DNA of 64,000 bases from Salisapilia sapeloensis CBS 127946 (taxonomy: Eukaryota; Protista; Oomycota): assembly GCA_023334545.1 (NCBI GenBank), contig JAADVB010000020.1:62001-126000 (forward strand). Direction: 5' to 3'. Of the stretch, positions 10,615 to 19,259 are shown in pieces (position 1 is the stretch's first letter; the number at the start of each line of letters is the position of its first letter). Below the pieces are notes generated by a model. It saw nothing but the letters and a program-made list of their open reading frames with translations. It ran no database searches and had not been told where the DNA came from. A program made the position numbers and the translations under genes.

Positions 10615-10786
10615 GTACGTCTTGCTTGCATTGTATTTTTATCAACCAAGCTCCCTATTTATATCGTGTCACAAATGGAAAACGAGTTTCTTTCCAGTAC
10701 TCTAGTACAGGACTCAAGCCAAACATTTCCATGGACGCACCATGTCACTCGACCTTCGCTGTACTAACAACCAAATGACTCTTTAG
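10615..10786 (+). other. Predicted 5'UTR intron of the MADS gene (172 nt) containing a 30-aa uORF and a second MEF2-like site
   Basis: Donor GTACGT at 10615, branch CTAAC at about 10764, acceptor CTTTAG at 10786, 13 nt before the ATG. Confidence 0.6.
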
Positions 10787-10799
10787 ATCACTTTTTACC

Positions 10800-12074
10800 A
10801 TGGGCCGTAAGAAGATTCAAATTCGACGAATTGAGGACGACCGAAATCGTCAGGTTCGTTGCTCGATCACATTATGACTTTACCAGCTTTGATCAGCCAT
10901 TCTGACGAATATGATGCATAGGTCACATTCTCCAAACGTAAGAATGGGATATTCAAGAAAGCGATGGAGTTGTCGAAATTATGCGACTGTGAGATTGCTC
11001 TTATCGTCTTTGACTCGAATGAAAAGTTGTATCAATACTCCAGCACGAGTGTCGACCAAATTTTGCTTAAGTACACTGAGTATGGCGAACCTCATGAGAT
11101 GAAAACCAACATCGATGTACAATCCTCAACTCGATACATCATGATAACATACTAACTACTTCGACTAGTACGAAGAAATGTTTGGTGACAAGAAGAAGAA
11201 CAATGCGGGGAATAACACTTCCAAAGCTGCTTCCTCTAACACATCCTCCGCAACTAGTCGTTCCAATGCGACACCAAGCAACACGCCAATGGCTATGGAA
11301 TCCGATCCATCGAATAACATGGACCGTAACCAACAGAAGAAACGCGTTCATCGAGGCTTCCAGCAACTGTTAAAAAAAGATCAAATGTACATGCCACCAG
11401 CCATGTACCAAACGTCCATGGGTATGATGAGCGTACCCACGCATTCCATGCTATCTGGACTATCTAGTCCGCCATCACTCTCTGGTATTCTCCCGTCTCC
11501 CACAAGTAATGTCTTTCATACCTCTTATTAAACGCTTTAACTCATTTTGCATTCAGCTAGCATGCTCATGCGCCACGATTTCAGTCCTCACGGATCGCAG
11601 AACTTGTTCAGTCATCAAGCCATGAACGAAGGACATGATCGAAGCGGAGGTATTGGACTTAATCTCATGCCGTCGGACTTTACGCAGGGATCTCGACCAC
11701 CGTTAAACCATTCCAAGTCGAATGGATACTACGACAGTTCTAAGCAAGGAGTTTCACCTCATAAGTCGAATCACGAACGACCGCCGTCGCCGACGAATGG
11801 TACGCCACGAGAGAGCATGGATAAAGAAGATAAGACGAATCAGAGTGAAGACGAGTCGATGGAAGAGAATGACGCAAGTCGAGAGCAAGTGAAAGCGACA
11901 GTCGATTATCGTGTGGATGACAATCAGTTGGATGAATCGTGTGAACGGAGACGTCCGATGATAGATAACCGACGATCGAGTGATGAGCGCTTTAATCAGG
12001 AAAAACGACCGAGTCTTTTGGATACGGAAGACGGAGTACGAAAGTCACCAAAGCGTCGAAAAGTGACGTTGTAG
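10800..12074 (+). CDS. MEF2-type (type II) MADS-box transcription factor, 4 coding exons
   Basis: Exons 10800-10853, 10922-11116, 11169-11505 and 11557-12074 give [18 protein letters not shown]|[30 protein letters not shown]...[25 protein letters not shown]|YEEM (MADS plus MEF2 domain). Confidence 0.95.
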
Positions 12075-12119
12075 ACGACCGAGTAGATTGGATTGCATTG
12101 AAATAAAGAAAAGTTTGGA

Positions 12120-12886
12120 TTAGAGACTGGCAGCAGCATCAGAAACATGCTTGTAGAGACCCTTGAGACAATCCCATTGCTCTTTAGGGAGAGAGATGCC
12201 TTTCTTCCCTGGTAACCACATCCCATTCTTCTCATAGTACTCTCGAATGTCGATCAGAATCTTGGACTTGAAGTCTTTCACTTGCACTCGACGTTTACCA
12301 GGTAGTTGGAACGTGATGGACGAAGCGTTTACGTCCACTTCCGTACGTTCCGTGACTTCAGAAAGACTGGTGTCTTCTAGTGACTTGGATTCAACAAGAT
12401 CAGCCGACTTGTCAATGGCCTTCGTCAGCTTCTTGAGTGCCTCCCATTGAGCCATGGACAGTGCCACTCCTTCTGGGTAGTGAATAACTCGTTCGTATAA
12501 ATATATCGTGCACACGTACCTTTGCGACCAGGCTTTTGCTCTCCATCCGCTTCATAGTACTCACGAATATGGATGAGGATGCTGCTCTTCCATCGTCGAG
12601 CTGCCACTCGGCGCATTTTGCTCAATTCAAAAGCAACGTTGTCCTCATCTTTCTCGAGAACCTTTGGCTCCTCCGTACTCTCGTCTAACCCCTCGCTACC
12701 TTCGTTACTCTTGACCTCGTCACTGTCCGCTGCTTGATCAGCAGACGCGTCTCGGCCATTGCCTTTCAAAATATCATGCAAAGACACCTTTCCTTCCTCC
12801 GTCTTCTGCTTCTTATTATCTACTTCATATTCCTCCTCTCCTCCTCTCTTTCTACTCGCACCTAGCTCCATCTGTGCTTGCATCAT
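12120..12886 (-). CDS. Transcriptional coactivator p15/PC4 (Sub1)-family protein with two tandem PC4 domains, 2 exons
   Basis: Two copies of the xFxLxxxRRVxVxxWK/FK-S-x-ILI(H/D)IREYYExxG...PG(R/K)KG(V/I)xL...QW motif; intron 12519 to 12470 (or 12473). Confidence 0.9.
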
Positions 12887-13095
12887 CTTCCTAGTTGCTA
12901 CGACTAAAATATCGAATGCTTTTGTTGCTTTTGAAGTGAAGCGTTAAACTTGGAAAATTAGCAACAATTTGGCAATTCGACTAATCACGAGCGACTTAAC
13001 ACGGCCAATTGATAGGCGACCAAAGGCACGCTTCGACTTGTCTTCTACCTGTCGACAATTGCCACCTTTATCCATCCATACGATCAGCTGTGAAG

Positions 13096-14472
13096 ATGGC
13101 ACACAATAGTGGCTTTGATGATGATTTAAATGACCTTCAGATTGAAGACATTGGCGACTTTTTCCCGCCAGAAAGTGGAGATGAGTGGAAGGGATTCCAG
13201 CTCGGATACATGGAAGAGCCTGCTCGTAGAGAACAGACACAGGCCAGGCAGATTGGAGATGCGAATGCCTACCCTTCCATGAATGCAGGAAGGCGGAAGA
13301 ATGATAATGCAGGAGACTCGAGTCTCCCGACGTCACCGACACTCGAAGCCATGCTGCGAGGCTCCAGTCAGACGTTCCGATCACCTTTGAATTTGCCGAA
13401 TTTGCCGAGTAGCTTCATGACATTCTCACCGACGATGCTGGAAGCTGCCAAGCATTCGGATTCATCTCTGTCGAATCAGGACGAACCCCCACAGTTCACT
13501 TTAGAGGCCAAAGCAGCGTCACATGACTCGACTCATGCCAAGTATTATTCCTACAGTACCATCAGGCACGAGAGACGTTTTAATAGATGTGGCGCAATAG
13601 ACAGCGCACCGTTGTTTGCCAGAGCATTGCTCCCCCCAATGCAACTTCCACGACAGCTTCAGCAGCTCCTATGAAGGCACCGACATTAGCTCCTGCAAGC
13701 GCCAAACGGTACATTCCGACTTGGTACTCTCTTTAGTAACCTGACTCATATATATGTGTATCTGGACTAGTCCTTTCGACGCGATGGAAAGCTGTAGCTT
13801 TGACAGCTGCTCCACGATTGCACCGACAGCTGAGGAAGACCGTGGCCTGCGTAAAAAGTCAAGAGAGAAGATGCGACGACAGGAAGTGAATGTCAAGGTA
13901 TTTATATCATAAATAGGGATTTTATCATATACTCCAACTCACTCTGTTCAAAGTTTGATGAACTCGTCGAACTGCTTAGCCTTTCCAGTCGCGTGCGTAA
14001 AAGTAATATCCTTCAAGAAGCGGTTACTGCCATCAAAGTACTTCTCTACTTGACTTCCATCTTCATATGTCCCTCACACATCGTATAGACACTTCGACGA
14101 GAGCGAGACGAAGCTGTTCGGGAACGTGATCGGACTCGACAGGAGATGGCGAATCTAACCGCTTGCCTCCAGTATACGCATCTCAATCCTTTTCATCCAA
14201 ATGCGATGGCAGTGAATCAGGGTGCATCGACACAGACGAACTCGACCGACCAGTTGACTCCAAACCAAACGATGCTACCCTTTTCCAATGCAGAGCTTCC
14301 GATCCAAAATGCACCTGGGTCCAGCAGCTTCCCATTGGCTTCCAATCTATCAGCTCCATCCGCTACTCCCGTCTCTACCAAGTCATCTATCGCGATTGCA
14401 CCGAAAGTCGACAGACGCTCGAGTAAACTTATGCCTGCGACATCGAGTCCAGGCGACCAGCGTATGGAATGA
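13096..14472 (+). CDS. bHLH transcription factor, 5 exons
   Basis: Predicted introns 13542-13600, 13709-13770, 13898-13953 and 14038-14088 assemble GLRKKSREKMRRQEVNVK|FDELVELLSLSSRVRKSNILQEAVTAIK|TLRRERDE (basic-HLH followed by a zipper-like helix). Confidence 0.88.
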
Positions 14473-14628
14473 AAAGCTGGTGTCATGTTAAAAGAATCTC
14501 AGACGATTTTGGACGGCAGTGATAGACTTGCGTCTCGAGTTATAGCTATAAAAGACTTAGTACGTGGACAGAAACGATCATGGCAAGAGGATCATCGATC
14601 TTCCACGATTGAATATATTTCTTTGGAG

Positions 14629-16896
14629 TCAAAAATAATGTGTGAAAGGAGCTGTCTCGCCATTTCGTCTTCCGTCCTTGGGTGCGTGCTGTAGATGAGC
14701 CTGAATCAAACGTCGAGCTGTCTGCTGAGCTTCTTTCAATTGGTTCCTAAATGCAGCATCCTTCCGATGTGTCTTGCTTGTACTATCTCTCGATGGTGTC
14801 TGTAAACGAGATGGATGCTTGCGAGGTGAAGCGAGCTCAAAGTCCGATTTGCCTGCATTCCAAATGATCTTTGTCTCTCGAAGTTGCTTTCGTAACCACC
14901 TGTCGTCTTGGTGCGGTCGTGTCGGCATCGATTTCATCTTTTGTTCTAGAGGCGAAGAAGGATCTGACATTGGCATTCTAGGTGACCAACCAGACATGAG
15001 ACTAACTTTTGGTGTCGACGAAGTGATCGATGGAGTTATGACTGGAAAGTTCATACTAATTCGATCGAGGTAATCGTCTTCTAGCGCGTCGCTATTTTCA
15101 AACATAAAGTTCTTCACGCAAGTTGACAGCATCTTTGGTGAGGCGAGTGATTGTATCTGTTCTGTGCTCTCTGTCGTGGAAACACGAGAAGTCATGGGAG
15201 AATGGATAGCACTAGCATATGAATGTAGCTTCTTCGTATCAAAGTCATGTATAAATGTAGATGCTGCGGCTCCTGGAAGTCGGCTCGATGTTGTTGGACT
15301 TGTTTCTGCGTTCTCATGTCCATTTTTTCGCGGACTAGTTTGCTCTTCTTCCACCCTGTTGACACCTCGACGTAAGACCTCTCGCTCGTAGAGAGCATTA
15401 TAAGCTGCCTGTGCTCGCTGGTTTCTTTGATTCGCCTCGCGCCTGCACAGCTCTTCGACATGAGCCGCAAATCCTGGCTGTGCATTCTTCATCAATACCT
15501 TCGCGTCTTTGTGTTGTAGCTCATACACCTCGACACACGCTGTTGCTGCCACTGCCGTGTACGGAGCTTTCCCCTTTTCACTTAATAACACTTCTAGGGC
15601 GACCACATTCTGGGGGAGCACGGCTTGCAATTCCGCCACCATCTGACCGCGTAGCCCTGGAAACTTTTGGTTCCGCAAGGTTACTCCATTGCCTGCTCCT
15701 TTCCGGCTTCCACTCACTTGGATCTGCGCTGTCACTTTGACTGTGCCGCTGAGGACAAGGTAGCAACTCGACATGGCTGAAATGTTGGCGGTGAACAAGT
15801 GGTCATTGTAATCATACACTCGTTTCGTCAGCGTATCTGCGAGTGCTTCGAGCCTTGGTCGAGGCCAGTCTCGAAAGAGTGACATGCGTTGCAGGAAATG
15901 AACCTTTTGCGTCCGATCAAAGAGTAGCTGGTGGTAAGTTCGCAATGTCCTGCGGTATGCATCCTTCGGAAGCTGGCATAGCTGGCAAGGTCCGGACGCG
16001 GCTGCTGATGCAGTACGAGCACTATCCATCGTAAACATTGCTGTTTCACCAAAGTAGTCGCCTTCGCGATACATGAACACTCGCTTGCCTAACGTTGCAA
16101 GCTCATCTGGTCCTTTAAGAACATTCGGACGGGTGGTTACAGCTCCCCGATTCTTCCCACCTCTAGAGTGTGATGGATGCAGACCGACGTAGACAGCGAC
16201 ATCCCCCTTTAAAAGCATATAAAACATATCTCCGATGTCTCCTTCGTAGAAGAGCACTTCTCCATCCACGCACTCTCGGAGACTCATATATCGCATGGCT
16301 TCTCGGACCGTAGCATCATCTACTCCAGAGAAAGCTTTCGGATGTCGTTGTCGAGCCCAAATGACCAGAATGTCCAGATCAAACGCGCCCAACGAGTCAC
16401 GTCGACTCATAGGCATGGCTTTAGGTAGGATGGAAATCTTCCGATCGCCGAGAAGTTTGCTTTCCGCCGCTGCCGACGACCTCACTACACCCTTCAAGCA
16501 TAAAATCCGCAGAGCTTCCGCATCCAGGTCAAAGTTTTCGTCCAGCGCCAATAGAGCTGGAGCTGCTTCCTCTTTCCACGCTCGGAAACCACGAGAAAGT
16601 TGACGATTGCGCCAAATTGCAAGCGAAGCGTGTAGGAACAAGGATCGACGGTCACTTAAAGACACCGCACCTTCCTCTTCCTCCTCCCCCACAGTCATGC
16701 CAACGATGGAAGAAGAGGAAGCTCGTCGTCCCCATGGCTTCGGTCCTTCCGTCGCACGTTTCTTGACTTCGAGATACTGTTCTACACTCCGTCCTCGATC
16801 TTCCAAAGCGACAGTCAGGCCATACATGGGCGCTCTCTTTGCCTGCTCCTGGGGCACATCTTGCTGTATTGACGTCCGTCTTCCCTGCTTCTTCAT
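14629..16896 (-). CDS. Tandem cyclic-nucleotide-binding domain protein with no catalytic domain
   Basis: CNB-A: LFYEGDIGDMFYMLLKGDV...GDYFGETAMFTMDSARTASA. CNB-B is degenerate (FLQRMSLFRDW...CYLVLSGTV). Intronless. Confidence 0.85.
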   Translation of the reverse strand: MKKQGRRTSIQQDVPQEQAKRAPMYGLTVALEDRGRSVEQYLEVKKRATEGPKPWGRRASSSSIVGMTVGEEEEEGAVSLSDRRSLFLHASLAIWRNRQLSRGFRAWKEEAAPALLALDENFDLDAEALRILCLKGVVRSSAAAESKLLGDRKISILPKAMPMSRRDSLGAFDLDILVIWARQRHPKAFSGVDDATVREAMRYMSLRECVDGEVLFYEGDIGDMFYMLLKGDVAVYVGLHPSHSRGGKNRGAVTTRPNVLKGPDELATLGKRVFMYREGDYFGETAMFTMDSARTASAAASGPCQLCQLPKDAYRRTLRTYHQLLFDRTQKVHFLQRMSLFRDWPRPRLEALADTLTKRVYDYNDHLFTANISAMSSCYLVLSGTVKVTAQIQVSGSRKGAGNGVTLRNQKFPGLRGQMVAELQAVLPQNVVALEVLLSEKGKAPYTAVAATACVEVYELQHKDAKVLMKNAQPGFAAHVEELCRREANQRNQRAQAAYNALYEREVLRRGVNRVEEEQTSPRKNGHENAETSPTTSSRLPGAAASTFIHDFDTKKLHSYASAIHSPMTSRVSTTESTEQIQSLASPKMLSTCVKNFMFENSDALEDDYLDRISMNFPVITPSITSSTPKVSLMSGWSPRMPMSDPSSPLEQKMKSMPTRPHQDDRWLRKQLRETKIIWNAGKSDFELASPRKHPSRLQTPSRDSTSKTHRKDAAFRNQLKEAQQTARRLIQAHLQHAPKDGRRNGETAPFTHYF

Positions 16897-16920
16897 ACCA
16901 GGTTGGATCAAAGCAGCAAA

Positions 16921-16930
16921 CTATTTATAA
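16921..16930. promoter_or_regulatory. Perfect MEF2 consensus CTATTTATAA in the short gap upstream of the cNMP-binding gene
   Basis: Matches YTA(W)4TAR; about 25 bp from the ATG at 16896; could alternatively be an AT-rich 3'-end signal of IDH. Confidence 0.3.
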
Positions 16931-16997
16931 CTCGAAATGGCGATGCGAAGGATCGTATATTTGTCCACTTGAAAGTTACTACTTCCAGCACGGCACT

Positions 16998-18468
16998 CTA
17001 CTGACGCATGCCATCGAACGTCTCCTTGACCTTGTCCATGAAGTCTTCCGTGTACAAGTAGTGGTCCGGCGTCACATTCGAGCCGTGGATGCAGATGGCG
17101 AGATCCTTGGTCATGTGACCGTTCTCGACCGTCTTCACGACAGCCTTCTCGAGGTCCGTCGAGAAGTCAATGAGTTCCGGCGTGTCGTCGAGACGGCCAC
17201 GCTGAGCGAGACCACGCGTCCAGGCGTACATGGAAGCGATCGGGTTTGTGCTCGTCTTCTTACCCTGCTGGAACTGACGCCAGTGACGCGTGACCGTGCC
17301 GTGCGCAGCCTCGGCCTCGACGGTCTTGCCGTCCGGGCACATGAGGACACTCGTCATGAGTCCAAGGGAGCCGTAGCCCTGAGCGACAATGTCGGACTGG
17401 ACGTCACCGTCGTAGTTCTTGCAAGCCCAGACAAAGCCACCTTCGGACTTGAGCGCCTGCGCGACCATGTCGTCAATGAGCCTGTGCTCGTACGAGATGC
17501 CGGCCGCGTCGAACTTGGCCTTGTACTCGTTCTGGAACACTTCCTCAAAGATGTCACGGAAGCGTCCGTCATACTTTTTCAAAATCGTGTTCTTGGTGCT
17601 CAAGAACAAGTCCTGCTGCTTGTCAAGAGCAAAGGCAAAGCAGCTGTGGGCAAAGCCGTAGATCGAGTCGTCCGTGTTGTACATGGCGAGACCGACACCG
17701 GCGCTCGGGTAGTTGAACACTTCGAACGTCTGCTTCTCGCTGCCGTCTTCTGGCGTGTAGACGACCTCAAACTTGCCGGGGCCAGGCGCGATGAAGTCCG
17801 TGCTCTTGTACTGGTCACCGTAGGCGTGACGACCGACGACGATGGGCTTCTTCCAGCCCGTCACAAGACGTGGGACGTTCGAGATGACGATCGGCTCACG
17901 GAAGACGGTTCCGTTCAAGATGTTACGGATCGTACCGTTGGGCGAACGCCACATCTTCTTCAGCTTGAACTCTATCCACACGCTTTCTTAGATACCTTTA
18001 TTCATGCAGAAGGAGAGAGATGGTACCTTCCATGCGAGCCTCATCAGGGGTGATCGTGGCACACTTGATACCGACGTTGTACTCGTTGATGGCGTGGGCG
18101 GCATCAATGGTAACCTGGTCATCCGTGGCATCACGGTGCTCCAGGCCAAGGTCAAAGTACTCGGTCTTGATGTCCAAGTACGGCTCAATGTACTGTTAAA
18201 CACCATGTTAAACACCCATTCAATCAACTACAAGTATACTAGACTAAAAATACCTTTTCCTTAATCTGGGACCAAATGACACGGGTCATTTCATCACCAT
18301 CGAGCTCGACAATCGGGTTCTTGACCTTGATCTTGGAGCCCGAGGAGACTACCCAAAGACACGAAAACGTCATTTACTTCATTCATACATTTGCTCATGC
18401 ACATAAAATAACGTACAGTTACGGCGGGAGCCAGTGGCAGCGAGGGAACGCACAGTCTTGGAGAACAT
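16998..18468 (-). CDS. IDH: NADP-dependent isocitrate dehydrogenase with mitochondrial presequence, 4 exons
   Basis: Exons 18468-18423, 18348-18254, 18192-18027 and 17971-16998. [16 protein letters not shown] presequence; [39 protein letters not shown]. Confidence 0.97.
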
Positions 18469-18746
18469 GATGAAGATAAGCTCTGCTTGGACGGGCGAAT
18501 CGGAAAATGAATGATTTTCAGCCGCTCGTGACAACCTACACTGTCCTGCAATATTGGTCTTGGAAAAGGATACTTTAAAGCATACACTGGTGTAGTATTT
18601 CAAGACGATGCAAGTAATTTACGATACACGAACCGAATGCATACAAATGCACCGTCGAATAACAGCGAGATTATCAGATACACTTTTAAATGACGAAGAT
18701 AAAACACGTAACTTGGACAAGAAACAAAAAGAGTGGACGCTGAAGG

Positions 18747-19169
18747 ATGCTCGGCTCTCGAGTCTTCGCCACGGCGGTGCGCAGCGCCATGAACCCTGCG
18801 ATGGCAAGCGCTACTACTCCCCACATCGGTAAGGCTAGTATGCATCCATATAAACTATCGATACACTCTCTAACATGCTACATGCTTGTACGAGTAGCTC
18901 GAGCGACGGCTGCCAACACCTGGCTGAGCTCTTCGTTCCAGTCGATGGAGCAATCATTTAACGTCCTGGCGATCGAAGACGCCTTCAACGCCACGGACAG
19001 CATGGAATGTGGTGCTCGCCCGAGCCGTCGTCCACGCAAAGTACACTATAAACTGCAAATTCAAGTGCACTGCTCTTATATATTGATACACCCTACTTAG
19101 GCCAACCGCGGCAAGCGCCCTTGCTCGCACCACCGTCGTCGTCTCAAGCGTCTTCGTCGTCGCCCATAG
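18747..19169 (+). CDS. Small (97-aa) mitochondrion-targeted basic protein, candidate mitoribosomal protein, 3 exons
   Basis: Exons 18747-18828, 18898-19040 and 19101-19169 with GT-AG introns and CTAAC branch in intron 1. Product MLGSRVFATAVRSAM...MECGARPSRRPRK|ANRGKRPCSHHRRRLKRLRRRP*. Confidence 0.75.
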
Positions 19170-19259
19170 ATCTCTTGGCCAGTGCGAACACCAGTACAGA
19201 AAGTAAAATTCGTACAAAAAGGAGAAAAAATACAAAGGGACCTCTCGTCTTCCCTTTCC

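Noticed and set aside
16839-18053. 404-aa antisense ORF over IDH
   Set aside because: Shadow ORF produced by the strong codon bias of the highly expressed IDH gene; it runs through IDH intron 3 and has no recognisable motifs.
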